Assembly (NCBI GenBank): GCA_017484225.1
Contig: JAFUTN010000034.1
Coordinates: 17,844 to 81,843 of the forward strand
DNA length: 64,000 nt
Reading direction: 5' to 3'
Source: Alphaproteobacteria bacterium
GTDB taxonomy: Bacteria; Pseudomonadota; Alphaproteobacteria; RF32; CAG-239
The notes under the pieces are model-generated. The model saw only the letters and a program-made list of their open reading frames with translations, was not told the origin of the DNA and searched no databases. Both the position numbers and the translations under genes were made by a program. The first letter of the stretch is position 1, and every line of letters starts with the position of its first letter. Below, piece after piece: positions 24,677 to 35,900 of the stretch.

Positions 24677-27280
24677 ATGGATAACAATAATATTGAAGAA
24701 AAACAAGAACAAGAATATATTAACGGCTTGATTTCCAAAGTGAGCAAGGCTCAGAAAAAATTTGCCACTTATACGCAGGAACAAGTTGATGAAATTTTTC
24801 GCCGTGTGGCTTTGAAAGCAAGCTCACTCAGAATTCCGCTCGCCAAAATGGCTGTTGAAGAAACCGGAATGGGAATTGCCGAAGATAAGGTGATTAAAAA
24901 CCATTTTGCTTCGGAGTATATTTACAATAAATACAAAAATACCAAAACTTGCGGTGTGATTGAGGAAGATAATGCGAACGGTTTAATTAAATTTGCCGAA
25001 CCGATTGGTGTTATTGCCGGAGTTGTGCCGACAACGAATCCGACTTCAACGGTTATTTTTAAGACTTTGATTTCACTTAAGACACGCAACGGAATTATTT
25101 TTTCACCACATCCGCGTGCAAAAAAATGCACCAATGAAACTGCTCGTATTTTGTTGGAAGAAGCCGTTAAAGCCGGTGCTCCTGAAGATATTATCGCATG
25201 GATTGATGAGCCGAGTATTTTGCGCACACAATATTTGATGCAGCAGGCTGATTTGATTTTGGCTACCGGCGGTCCGGGGATGGTGAAGTCCGCATATTCT
25301 TCCGGAACTCCGGCTATAGGCGTAGGCCCTGGAAATACTCCGGCGGTGATAGATGAAACAGCCGATATTCAGATGGCGGTAAGTTCAATTTTAATGTCAA
25401 AAACTTTTGATAACGGTATGATTTGTGCTTCCGAGCAATCTGTTGTGATTGTTGAAAGTGTGTATGAGGCTGTTAAGGCTGAATTTTTGAAGCGCGGAGC
25501 TTATATTTTGAATGCTGCCGAAGCTAAAAAAGTTGGTGCTACCGTTATTCAAGACGGCAAGGTAAATGCTGCCATTGTGGGGCAACCGGCCGCAAAAATT
25601 GCCGAAATTTCCGGTGTTAAAGTTGATGCAAACGTAAAAGTTTTAATCGGTGAAGTTAGTAAGATAGGTGCAGAAGAACCGTTCTCTTATGAAAAACTTT
25701 CTCCTGTTTTGGGTATGTATAAAGCAAAAGATTTTGATGATGCCGTTCAAAAAGCCAAGGCTTTGATTGAATTTGCCGGCTGCGGTCATACTTCTGTGCT
25801 TTACACAAACCAGCGTAATGATGAACGCATTAAGTTTTATGGTGACACAATGCCGACCGGACGTGTTATGATTAACTGTCCGTCGTCACAAGGAGCAATC
25901 GGCGATATTTATAACTTCAGACTGGATCCGTCACTGACATTGGGTTGCGGTTCATGGGGAAGAAACTCGGTTAGTGAAAATGTGGGGGTAAAACATCTTA
26001 TGAATATTAAAAATGTGGCAAAACGTGCCGAAAATATGTTGTGGTTCAGAGTTCCGCCAAAAGTTTATTTTAAACCAGGTTGTTTGTCCTTTGCTTTGAA
26101 GGAACTGCAAGGAAAGAAAAAAGCATTTATTGTTACGGATAAACCGCTGTTTGATTTGGGCTATACCAAAAAAATTACCGATATTTTGGAACCTCTCGGT
26201 ATTTCTTACAAAATTTTCAGTGATGTTAAACCGGATCCGGATTTGACCACCATTAATAAAGCTCGTGATATGGTTAACAGCTTTGAACCTGATGTTTTGA
26301 TTGCTTTGGGCGGTGGTTCGCCGATTGATGCCACTAAAATTTTGTGGATTATGTATGAGCATCCGGAACTCAAGTTTGAGGATTTGGCCCGTCGTTTCAT
26401 GGATATCAGAAAGCGTATTTTTGAATTTCCGGAAATGGGTGTTAAAGCACAAATGGTGGCTATTCCGACAACATCCGGAACAGGTTCCGAAGTTACGCCT
26501 TTTGCCATTATTACAGATGATGCTACCGGTGTAAAATATGCCGTTGCCGATTACACATTGACTCCGTCTATGGCCATTGTTGATACCGATTTGGTTATGA
26601 CAATGCCGCGCGGATTGTGTGCCGCCTCCGGTATTGATGTTATGACACATGCCTTAGAATCTTATGTTTCCAATATGGCAACAGACTACACCAGAGGTCT
26701 GTCGGTTGAAGCCGGTCGTTTGATTTATGAAAACCTGATTAAATCGTATGAAACCGGTGATGCAGAGGCAAGAGAGAAAGTTCATCATGCCGCCACAATT
26801 GCCGGTATGGCATTTGCTAATGCATTTTTGGGCGTTTGTCACTCTATGGCTCACAAGCTCGGTGCTGCATTTCATATTCCGCACGGATTTGCCAATGCTT
26901 TGTTGATTAATCAGGTGATTCGTTATAATTCAAACGACTGTCCGGTTAAACAGGCTGCATTTCCGCAATATCGCTATCCGAATACAAAAGCTGCTTATGC
27001 GGCATTTGCCAGAGGAATCGGTTTGAGCGGAAAAACAGATGATGAGGCCGTAAATAACTTGATTGCCGCTATTGAGAATATGAAGAAAAAACTGAGTATT
27101 CCTGCTTCAATCAAAGAGTGGGGAATTGCCGAAAAAGATTGGGAAAATGCGATGAAAACTTTGCCGGAGTTGGCATTTGATGACCAATGCACCGGTGCCA
27201 ATCCGCGTTATCCTTTATTTAAGGAAATTGAGCAGATGTATCGTTATGCTTACGAAGGCAAAACAGATTTTAAGCTTTAA
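24677..27280 (+). CDS. adhE: bifunctional acetaldehyde-CoA / alcohol dehydrogenase
   Basis: 867 aa with an N-terminal aldehyde dehydrogenase half (catalytic MICASEQS) and a C-terminal iron-type ADH half (GGGSPIDATK, HSMAHKLG). RBS AGGAGA precedes ATG 24677; the track start at 24599 is extended. Confidence 0.94.
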   Translation: MDNNNIEEKQEQEYINGLISKVSKAQKKFATYTQEQVDEIFRRVALKASSLRIPLAKMAVEETGMGIAEDKVIKNHFASEYIYNKYKNTKTCGVIEEDNANGLIKFAEPIGVIAGVVPTTNPTSTVIFKTLISLKTRNGIIFSPHPRAKKCTNETARILLEEAVKAGAPEDIIAWIDEPSILRTQYLMQQADLILATGGPGMVKSAYSSGTPAIGVGPGNTPAVIDETADIQMAVSSILMSKTFDNGMICASEQSVVIVESVYEAVKAEFLKRGAYILNAAEAKKVGATVIQDGKVNAAIVGQPAAKIAEISGVKVDANVKVLIGEVSKIGAEEPFSYEKLSPVLGMYKAKDFDDAVQKAKALIEFAGCGHTSVLYTNQRNDERIKFYGDTMPTGRVMINCPSSQGAIGDIYNFRLDPSLTLGCGSWGRNSVSENVGVKHLMNIKNVAKRAENMLWFRVPPKVYFKPGCLSFALKELQGKKKAFIVTDKPLFDLGYTKKITDILEPLGISYKIFSDVKPDPDLTTINKARDMVNSFEPDVLIALGGGSPIDATKILWIMYEHPELKFEDLARRFMDIRKRIFEFPEMGVKAQMVAIPTTSGTGSEVTPFAIITDDATGVKYAVADYTLTPSMAIVDTDLVMTMPRGLCAASGIDVMTHALESYVSNMATDYTRGLSVEAGRLIYENLIKSYETGDAEAREKVHHAATIAGMAFANAFLGVCHSMAHKLGAAFHIPHGFANALLINQVIRYNSNDCPVKQAAFPQYRYPNTKAAYAAFARGIGLSGKTDDEAVNNLIAAIENMKKKLSIPASIKEWGIAEKDWENAMKTLPELAFDDQCTGANPRYPLFKEIEQMYRYAYEGKTDFKL

Positions 27281-27295
27281 TTCTTATACAAGATA

Positions 27296-27340
27296 AAAAA
27301 AGATACCGCCGATCGGGATAATAAACCGTCGGCGGTTTGT
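27296..27340. terminator. bidirectional intrinsic terminator between convergent adhE and ftsK
   Basis: Stem ACCGCCGA / TCGGCGGT. It is flanked by an A-run on the plus side (a T7 run for the minus-strand ftsK transcript) and TTGTT on the plus-strand 3' side. Confidence 0.7.
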
Positions 27341-27380
27341 TCATAACAAAAGAGGAAAAAGGAGTGCGTAAACCGATTTA

Positions 27381-30095
27381 TTAATCGGCTCCGATAACTT
27401 CACGGCGTCCCACACGGTCCGGAGGAGTAACAATACCTTCGTCTTCCATGCGTTCAATCAAAATTGCGGCACGGTTATATCCCAGACGTAATTTGCGTTG
27501 AATATAGCTGGTGGATGCTTTTTTATCGGCTCGCACAATGGCAACGGCTTGGTTATACAGGTCGTCATCATCATTTGCACCGCCCATTTCTCCTTTATCA
27601 AATACAGGTGTGTCTTTGGTGTTGAGTTCACCTTCGGTTACGTCGGAAACATATTGCGGTTCGCCTTGAGACTTAATATATTCCACAACTTTTTCCACTT
27701 CGGCATCAGTGACGAAGCAACCGTGAACTCTGATAGGACGCAAGCCCGATGGCATATAGAGCATATCACCCATTCCCAAAAGCTGCTCGGCACCTTGTTC
27801 ACCTAAAATTGTGCGGCTGTCAATTTTTGTAGTAACGTGAAAACTTATACGACTCGGAAAATTAGCTTTAATTGTTCCGGTAATAACATCAACAGACGGA
27901 CGTTGAGTAGACATAATCAAGTGAATACCGGCAGCACGCGCCATTTGTGCCAAACGCTGAATGGCTGCTTCAACTTCTTTGCCGGCAACCAACATCAAGT
28001 CTGCCATTTCGTCTACCACAATTACGATATACGGTAAAGGTTTTGTATCCACAATTTGCTCTTCGTATATCGGGCGGCCGGTTTCTTTATCAAAACCAAC
28101 CTGAATTGTTTTCTTAATTTCTTTGCCGGATTTACTCATATCGGCAACTTTTTGGTTGTATCCGGCAATGTTGCGCACATTTAACAGAGCCATGGCACGA
28201 TAACGGTCTTCCATTTCGCGCACTGCCCATTTAAGGCCCACAACGGCTTTTGCCGGATCGGTAATAACCGGCGTTAAAAGGTGAGGAATACCGTTATACA
28301 TAGAAAATTCAAGTTGTTTCGGGTCAATCATAATTAATTTGCACTCTTCCGGTGACATTCTGAACAGCAGTGACAAAATCATGGAGTTTACACCTACGGA
28401 TTTACCGGAACCGGTAGTTCCGGCAACCAATAAGTGCGGCATTTTTGATAAGTCGGCATAAACATGCTGTCCGCCGATATCTTTACCTAAAGTTACATTT
28501 AAGATGTTTTTACTGGTCGTAAATTCGGTATCCTCTAAAAGTTCGCGCAACCACACTGTTTCTCTTTTTTCATTCGGAATTTCTATACCTATGGTATTGT
28601 GTCCGCTGACAACCGCCATACGCACGGAAGCAACAGCCATAGAACGAGCAATATCATCAGAAAGGCCGATTACCCGTGCGGTGCGAATTCCCGGAGCCGG
28701 TTCAAGTTCATAAAGTGTTACAACCGGACCGGGGCGAACTTTGACGATTTTACCGTGAATACCGAAATCTTGCAAAACATTTTCCAGCTTTTCGGCAACA
28801 CTTTTTAATTGGTTTTCGTCATACACCGTTGTGTTATTGTTTTGCGGCACGGAAAGCAGGTTAATATCAGGCAGGTGATACATATCGGAAGCTTCCGGTT
28901 GTGTGGGAGTATTAGCAATATTTTGTGTATATTTTTTTGCTTTTACCTCATTTGCCGGAACTTGTTGCTGCAACTCGGTTCCTTCTATTTTTTGCGGATT
29001 AACGGTCAATAAATCCTGCTGCAAAGTTTCACTTTCTTCCTTATTCTGCTTTTTTCTCAAGCCGGATAATTTAGGGAAAAAGCTGCGGATTCCTTCACTT
29101 TGATAAATATCTTCCGGAGTTATTTTTTTGCTGACTTTCTTGTTATTTTGATTTGCGGCATCACTTTCTTTTACAAAATCAAAGGTAGGGTTAAAAGATT
29201 GCTGTAAATTAACGGCAGTGGCCGGTTGCGGTATATCTATTACTTTTTGAGAAGACACGGGTGCTTCTATTTGAATTTGCGGTGCCGGCGATTTTGTTGT
29301 TTCTACCATCGGTTCGCGGCGCTCAAAGGACGGTTCCGTGCGGCGGGAATTTTCTTTTTGTTTTAAGGTGTTTGCCAAATATTCCGGATTCAGCTCTTTA
29401 AATTCGTTAAATTTGCGGATATTCACCAATTTTTTGCCGAGGTTTACAAAAAACATGATTATTTTAGCAAAAATTGAACATATTTTTTTGAATAGCTTTG
29501 CCCATTTGCGTAAAGTGATTCCGGCGGAAAAGTTAAAGGACAGAATGCTTATAAACAGCAGTATTCCGACAATAATCATGGTGTTGTATGTGAAATTAAG
29601 CATATTGATATAAGTATTAATCGGGCGGCTTATGATGCGGCTCCAACTGCCGGTCAAATTGTTGGGCAGATTAAAACGCCCGAGATATTCGCTGAATGTT
29701 ATATCCAAAAAGCAGGCAAAGCACAACAGGCCGACGAACCATGCAAAAATGCGAATCTTGTATTCGGCAAAAGCATTGAAACGGAGCAAATTTATCCCCC
29801 AGATTACGGGAATCGCCAAAAATATGATTAAAGCCAGTCCGAAAGTAGCTAAAATGGCATCAGCGCTGTATGCTCCGAATGTTCCCATAAAATTATGCAC
29901 TTCAGCGGTAGCCGTTTTGTTAAAAGACGGGTCGGAAGAATTGTATCCCATCAGACTCAGCCACAGCAGAATCGGAAAGATAATAAATGCGCTGCCGATT
30001 ATTTTGCACAGCAATATTTGCCACCAACTTTTTTTATGCTCTTCTATTTTTTTCTTAGCCATTTTCTTACTCTTTTTTTCATTTTTCGGAATCAA
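27381..30095 (-). CDS. ftsK: DNA translocase FtsK
   Basis: N-terminal multi-TM domain, a Pro/Gln-rich linker, a motor domain with Walker A AGTTGSGKS and VVDEMADL, and a C-terminal gamma winged helix (SYIQRKLRLGYNRAA). The start may be the downstream Met (MAKKKIEE). Confidence 0.94.
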   Translation of the reverse strand: MIPKNEKKSKKMAKKKIEEHKKSWWQILLCKIIGSAFIIFPILLWLSLMGYNSSDPSFNKTATAEVHNFMGTFGAYSADAILATFGLALIIFLAIPVIWGINLLRFNAFAEYKIRIFAWFVGLLCFACFLDITFSEYLGRFNLPNNLTGSWSRIISRPINTYINMLNFTYNTMIIVGILLFISILSFNFSAGITLRKWAKLFKKICSIFAKIIMFFVNLGKKLVNIRKFNEFKELNPEYLANTLKQKENSRRTEPSFERREPMVETTKSPAPQIQIEAPVSSQKVIDIPQPATAVNLQQSFNPTFDFVKESDAANQNNKKVSKKITPEDIYQSEGIRSFFPKLSGLRKKQNKEESETLQQDLLTVNPQKIEGTELQQQVPANEVKAKKYTQNIANTPTQPEASDMYHLPDINLLSVPQNNNTTVYDENQLKSVAEKLENVLQDFGIHGKIVKVRPGPVVTLYELEPAPGIRTARVIGLSDDIARSMAVASVRMAVVSGHNTIGIEIPNEKRETVWLRELLEDTEFTTSKNILNVTLGKDIGGQHVYADLSKMPHLLVAGTTGSGKSVGVNSMILSLLFRMSPEECKLIMIDPKQLEFSMYNGIPHLLTPVITDPAKAVVGLKWAVREMEDRYRAMALLNVRNIAGYNQKVADMSKSGKEIKKTIQVGFDKETGRPIYEEQIVDTKPLPYIVIVVDEMADLMLVAGKEVEAAIQRLAQMARAAGIHLIMSTQRPSVDVITGTIKANFPSRISFHVTTKIDSRTILGEQGAEQLLGMGDMLYMPSGLRPIRVHGCFVTDAEVEKVVEYIKSQGEPQYVSDVTEGELNTKDTPVFDKGEMGGANDDDDLYNQAVAIVRADKKASTSYIQRKLRLGYNRAAILIERMEDEGIVTPPDRVGRREVIGAD

Positions 30096-30244
30096 CGGAA
30101 TTATAAAGTATAAAATTCAACAAAAGATTAATAAAAGATAAATATCTGCCGATTTTCGGCTTGTTAATAAACATTTATGTTCGGCTTGACTTTTGGAATT
30201 ATGTGACTAAACTCCCGATTAAAATAATTTGGAGATTTATGTAA

Positions 30245-31189
30245 ATGAAATACGCTTTTGTTTTTCCCGGACAGGGTTCTCAGTTTGTGGGGATGGGGAA
30301 AGAACTTGCCGATAATTTTGCTTCGGCAAAAGAAGTTTTTCAGGAAGTTAATGATGCTTTAGAGCAAGATTTGTTTAAGTTAATGACAAACGGTCCGGAT
30401 ACGGAACTGACAATGACGGCAAATGCTCAGCCGGCGTTGATGGCTTTTTCCATGGCGGTTGTAAGAGTTTTGGAAAAGGAGTTTGGAATTAATTTGCGGG
30501 AAAAAGCAAGTTTTGTGGCCGGACATTCGCTCGGAGAATATTCTGCTGCTTGCGCCGCCGGTGTTTTCAGTCTTACGGATACGGCAAAATTGCTGCGTAT
30601 TCGCGGTGAAGCAATGCAGAATGCCGTGCCTTTCGGCGTTGGCGGAATGGCTGCCGTTTTGGGACTTTCTTATCATGATGTCGGAGCATTGGCAGAAGCT
30701 TGTGCCGGCGATAAGGATATTTGTGTGGCTGCTAATGATAATTCGGAAGGTCAGGTTGTTCTTTCCGGAACTATGGGGGCAATTAATCGGGCTGTGGAGA
30801 TTGCTTCGGAATTTGGTGCCCGCAAATGTGTTAAATTAGCGGTAAGCGCTCCGTTTCACAGTCCGATGATGAAACCGGCGGCAGAGGTTATGGCTCGTGC
30901 TTTTATGGAAGTAGAGGCAAAAAATGCACAAATACCTTTGGTTGCCAATGTTTTGGCTGCGCCTATTTGTGAACACAAAGAAATTATTAAAAATTTGATT
31001 GAGCAAGTTACGGCAACAGTCCGTTGGCGCGAAACAATGCAGTTTTTTCAAAATGAAAATGTTACTGATATTGCCGAACTCGGAGCCGGAAAGGTTTTAT
31101 CCGGAATTGCCAAACGCTCACTAAAAGAAATTAATTCATTTTCTGTCGGTTCGGTGGCGGAAATTGAAGAACTCGCAAACAATTTATAA
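30245..31189 (+). CDS. fabD: malonyl-CoA:ACP transacylase
   Basis: FVFPGQGSQ and the active-site GHSLGEYSA. Confidence 0.93.
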   Translation: MKYAFVFPGQGSQFVGMGKELADNFASAKEVFQEVNDALEQDLFKLMTNGPDTELTMTANAQPALMAFSMAVVRVLEKEFGINLREKASFVAGHSLGEYSAACAAGVFSLTDTAKLLRIRGEAMQNAVPFGVGGMAAVLGLSYHDVGALAEACAGDKDICVAANDNSEGQVVLSGTMGAINRAVEIASEFGARKCVKLAVSAPFHSPMMKPAAEVMARAFMEVEAKNAQIPLVANVLAAPICEHKEIIKNLIEQVTATVRWRETMQFFQNENVTDIAELGAGKVLSGIAKRSLKEINSFSVGSVAEIEELANNL

Positions 31190-31211
31190 CTGACAAGAGG
31201 AGGAAATAATA

Positions 31212-31949
31212 ATGTTCAGATTAGATGGAAAAATTGCCCTTATTACCGGTGCTGCCGGTGGTTTGGGACACAAAATTGCCCATACATTGCATGAACAAGG
31301 TGCAATTTTGGCTTTGACCGATATGAATGCCGAAAGATTGGAGGCATTGAAAAATGAATTAGGCTCAAATGCCGAAACTTTTGTTGCCAATTTGACAGAT
31401 GCCGAGGCCGTAAAAAATTTGGTGGCTGATGTTGAAGAAAAAATGGGACGCATAGATATTTTGGTCAACAATGCCGGTTTAACCAGAGATAATTTGTTTA
31501 TTCGCATGAGTGATGAAGATTGGCAGCTTGTTTTGGATGTAAATCTTTCTGCCGGATTTAAGTTGGCAAAAGCTGCGGTTCGCGGCATGATGAAACGTCG
31601 TTTCGGTCGTATTATCGGTATTGCTTCAGTGGTTGGTGTTATGGGTAATGCCGGTCAGGCAAACTATTCTGCTTCCAAAGCAGGAATGATTGCCATGAAT
31701 AAATGTTTGGCTCAGGAAGTAGGCTCAAGAGGTATTACCGTAAATTCCATTGCTCCGGGATTTATTCGCACTCCGATGACTGATGTTTTGCCGGATGATG
31801 TTAAGGCCGCATTACTTGCCAAAATTCCGGAAGCAAAGCTTGGCGAAGCACAAGATATTGCCAATGTTGTTGCCTTTTTGGCCTCTGATGAAGCTCAATA
31901 CATTACCGGACAAACAATCCATGTTAACGGTGGTATGGCAATGATTTAG
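31212..31949 (+). CDS. fabG: 3-oxoacyl-ACP reductase
   Basis: SDR motifs TGAAGGLG, NNAG and YSASKAG. 245 aa, directly after fabD. Confidence 0.92.
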   Translation: MFRLDGKIALITGAAGGLGHKIAHTLHEQGAILALTDMNAERLEALKNELGSNAETFVANLTDAEAVKNLVADVEEKMGRIDILVNNAGLTRDNLFIRMSDEDWQLVLDVNLSAGFKLAKAAVRGMMKRRFGRIIGIASVVGVMGNAGQANYSASKAGMIAMNKCLAQEVGSRGITVNSIAPGFIRTPMTDVLPDDVKAALLAKIPEAKLGEAQDIANVVAFLASDEAQYITGQTIHVNGGMAMI

Positions 31950-31972
31950 CCTGTTTGGCAAATGATTGAAAA

Positions 31973-32006
31973 GTCCTCGTGTCTGATGATGCGGGGATTT
32001 TTTTTT
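31973..32006 (+). terminator. intrinsic terminator after fabG
   Basis: Stem TCCTCG / CGGGGA followed by T9. Confidence 0.7.
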
Positions 32007-32075
32007 ATTTTTTCGTTGATTTTGTCAAAAATGTATGGTAACATACAAATATAAGTAACAATCGGGAGAACTCTG

Positions 32076-32831
32076 ATGAGTGCTAAAGATATAATAGAGA
32101 GCTTGAAGTTTAAAAATTTGCCGCAAGAGTTGAAGCAGTGCGTGGTTGTTTTGGCAGCAGCTTTAGTTTGTCAAAATATGAGCGGTCAAACGGTGTCAGG
32201 GGAATTGCATATTGGTAATGGCGGCACTGTGACATATAGATCATACCAAGCGAATAATAATCAAGGCGGCGGAAATTCCGGCGCAAGAACTTTTCGTGTC
32301 GGAGCGCAAAACAATCAGAGCCGACAATATGCTCAAGGAACGGGGCAGCGTCGTTCGGCAGGCAGAATTACCGGTGCGGTTTACAGAGTTTATAATGACG
32401 GGCAAATGGATAATTCGGCAATTATTCAGTGTGACGGCGGTGGTTATTTGCTGATTGAAAATCCCGGAAATGGCATAAGATGGAAGAATAATGCACGGGT
32501 GAGTGTTGATTTTGGAAGAGGAAATTCTATGACGGTTACTCAGAGTAGTGTTGCAGACAGGTATGATACTCCGCACAGTTATGGTCATAAAGTTTATGAC
32601 AGAGTAAAAAACATATATGTTCGCGGCCGTCAGATTTATAATAATCCGGACAGGATATTCCGTGATGCTGAAGGTATTGAAAGTTCTATTGATGCAAGCA
32701 GGCCGGTTACAAACAGAATTTATGCAGCCGCTTTTATGGGACATAGAGAAGACGGTCATTTTGTGAAAGATTATCAGGTTAACGGTAATCAAAATATGAA
32801 CCAATACAGTAACGGTGGATATACCCAATAA
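32076..32831 (+). CDS. hypothetical secreted Gln/Asn/Gly-rich protein
   Basis: RBS GGGAGA. An internal hydrophobic segment (CVVVLAAALVCQN) is followed by low-complexity N/Q/G-rich sequence. A plus-strand terminator lies 25 nt after the stop. I recognise no motif. Confidence 0.55.
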   Translation: MSAKDIIESLKFKNLPQELKQCVVVLAAALVCQNMSGQTVSGELHIGNGGTVTYRSYQANNNQGGGNSGARTFRVGAQNNQSRQYAQGTGQRRSAGRITGAVYRVYNDGQMDNSAIIQCDGGGYLLIENPGNGIRWKNNARVSVDFGRGNSMTVTQSSVADRYDTPHSYGHKVYDRVKNIYVRGRQIYNNPDRIFRDAEGIESSIDASRPVTNRIYAAAFMGHREDGHFVKDYQVNGNQNMNQYSNGGYTQ

Positions 32832-32855
32832 CTTAAGTTTGAAAAAATAGCAAAA

Positions 32856-32883
32856 AGCCGAGAACGTTTTCTCGGTTTTTTTT
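32856..32883 (+). terminator. intrinsic terminator
   Basis: GCCGAGAA-CGTT-TTCTCGGT followed by T8. Confidence 0.85.
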
Positions 32884-32973
32884 GTAACCTAAAAAATTTT
32901 TTGCGTGATTGAAATTTAGAATGTTTATGTTATTATAGGCAGAAAGTTTTGTGTTGTGTAAGGATTTATCGTT

Positions 32974-35900
32974 ATGTTGAAAAGTAAATTTATTTTCTCT
33001 GCCATGCTTTTAATGCTTTACGGAACGGCAAAGGCGCAAGAATTGGATATGGTTCCGGCTCCGAAGGTTCAGCAATCTCAAAAACAAGAAGAAGTGCCGC
33101 AAAATTCAAAGGTTGACGGAATAGCATTTATTGCTCCGACCAACAGCGTTAATATGGGAAAATCAGCATCAGAAGTTGTGATTACCCCGAAAGAAAAATT
33201 GGAATTTAAACAAAACGGTGAAGTTGAGGAAGCGCTTTTAAAAGAAGACGGGACTCCTTTTTCCGGTGCAACCGTTGTTACGGATGAAGAAGGTAGAGAC
33301 ATTACTTATTTTTATCGCAACGGCCGCAGAAGCGGTGTGGCGCTTTCCCATTTTGAAGATGGAAAGGTGGAGCTGGAAATTACTTACAGTAAAGGATATA
33401 AAAGCGGCGAAGAAATATTGTTCTATGAAAACGGTTATCCTAAATACAAAAAAACATACAGAAAAAATGTTTTGAACGGCGAAGAAATATTGTTCTACGA
33501 AAACGGTAAACCGGAACGCCGAAATATGTATGTTAACGGATTACTTGACGGTGAAATCAGTTATTTTGACCGCAACGGCAATTTGGTGAAAATAGAAAAT
33601 TACAAGTCCGGAAAAAAAGACGGAATTGAGCGTATAATAGAAAATAATCAGTTGTTGGAGGAAAATAATTATGTTGCCGGAGAACTGAACGGAATTACCA
33701 AAAAATATAACCGTGAACGCATGCTGGAAGAAATTGAATATAAAAACGGTAAAAGAAACGGAATAACAAAACGCTATTTGGATGATGGCGGCTGGGATGA
33801 GATTCCGTATAAAGACAATATGATAGAGGGTGTTGCAAAAAATTATTACCCGACCAAGCGTTTGGCAAGCATGACGCAATATGCCGTGAATATGAAAAAC
33901 GGACCAAGCGAAAAATATTATCAGAGCGGCAGTTTACAGCAGGCAGATAACTATAAAAACAATGTTCAAGAAGGTATCAGCCGAATGTTTGATGAAAGCG
34001 GAAATTTGCTGAGTGTCAGCTATTATGCCGGTGGTATTGAATTGGCAAAAGAAGATTTGCTTAATGATGCGGAAATCAAAAAAATTTATGATGCCGTGAA
34101 GGCAGATAAGCTTAATACCGTTTTGAATAACAAACAGTTATGGTATCCGGTTTTATGGCTCGGAATTTCTACCAACAGTCTGAAAATTTTGGATGAACTT
34201 GATAAAAGAATGAAAATGTATGCCACAAATATTGAAGATATTTCGGCGTATCAATCTAATTTGGTAAGGTTTTCCGAACAGAATCGCCGTTTGTTTTTCG
34301 GGCTTACACCGTTGAGTTATGCCGTAAATATGGCGTCTCCGGTGGAAATTTTACAGCGTTTTGCTTCCGGTCAGGATAGTGTGGAAATGAAAAACCCGCG
34401 CGGCGGATATGCAATTATTGAAGCGGTTCGTTTGAATAATTATGATTTAGTGCAATATTTGCTTTCTCATCATGCAGATGTCAAAAAAGTATATGATGAC
34501 GGTAACACCATTCTTTTGTATGCCGTAAAAGAAAAGGTTCGCAACGATATTATTGCAGCTTTGATTAAGGCCGGCGCAGACGTAAATGCGACAGATTCGT
34601 CGGGATACAGTTTATTAATGCTTGCCGTTCGTGACAACAATTTAGAGTTGTTGAAAGTGTTGCTGGATAATTATGCTGATTTTTCCGGCAAAACTCCCGA
34701 TGGCAAGAATATTCTCTCGTTTGCACTGGAAAATAATGCCTCAAAGGAAGTTTTGGAACAGTTGTTGATAAAGGGAGCTGATGTTAATGCAACAGATGAA
34801 GACGGAAGCGTTTTGATATTACGTGCTTTGGCGGCGGGCAAAGAAGATGTTGCAAAGTTGTTTATGCAATACGGTGCGGATATTAATGCCGAAAATGCCA
34901 ATCACGATACGGTCTTGACGTATGTGTTGGAAAACAAAACCGGAGATGATTTTGTTGCCGATATTTTTACACACAGTCTGGATGTTAAAAACAATTTGCC
35001 GAAATACAATAAACCTTTGTGGAAAATTTTGGCGGAACAAAACAAAATTGACTTGTTGAAAATTGTTTTGCAAAACATGGGTGGCGGTGCGGTTGCTGAT
35101 GCCAACGGTGAAATTCCGGTGGTGTATGCAATGGATAATTCCGAAAACCAAAAATTGAAAGAGGTTATTTTTGCGGCTCTGAATGAGGCGGTATTGAAGT
35201 CTCATCCCGAATTTTTGTGGAAAGCCGTGAAGGATAAAAAGTTTGATTTGTATAAGGAATTGCTGCAAAAGAAAAGTTCCGTCAATGTTACGGATGAAAA
35301 CGGTGACAGCCTGCTGCTTTATTTGATTAAAAACGAATATCCGTTTGAATATATTACGGAACTGGAAAATTATGCCGAGCTTGATTATATGGCAAAAGAT
35401 GCAACGGGCAAAACTGCACTGCAAATTGCCATAGAGGCGGATAATACCGCTTTGGTTGAAAATTTGCTGGCACACGGGGTTAGTCCCAATTCGGTTAATA
35501 ACGAAGGTAAATCTTTTATTGAAACACTTGACGGCAATCAGGAAAAAATTACCGAATTGTTATGGAATGCCGGCAGTAAAGATATGGTAACACCGGACAA
35601 TATTAACCTCTTGTTGCGTATCGCCGTTACAAATTTGAATGTTAAGTGGTTAGAGTTTTTGTTAAATGAGAATCCGGATGTGGCATACAAAGACGAAAAC
35701 GGAGAATATGCGCAAATGTATTTGGCTGATGCGCTGGAAAAGCATTCTGAATTACCTCAGGCCGAGATTTTAAACAAACTTGAAACCTGTTTCACCTTGC
35801 TGAAAGAGAAGGGGGCAGACATAAATTGGCAGAATAACAATGGAGAAACTTTGTTGATTAAGCTCTCCAAAGCAAAGAGTCAATACTACCCGTTGATTGC

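Noticed and set aside
25952-26650. 232-aa minus-strand ORF (and other 60-100 aa ORFs across 24.9-27.2 kb)
   Set aside because: They are antisense shadows within adhE and have no independent support.
32241-32828. 195-aa minus-strand ORF opposite the Q/N/G-rich gene
   Set aside because: The plus-strand ORF has an RBS and a terminator immediately downstream. The minus-strand product has no start context and reads as compositional noise.
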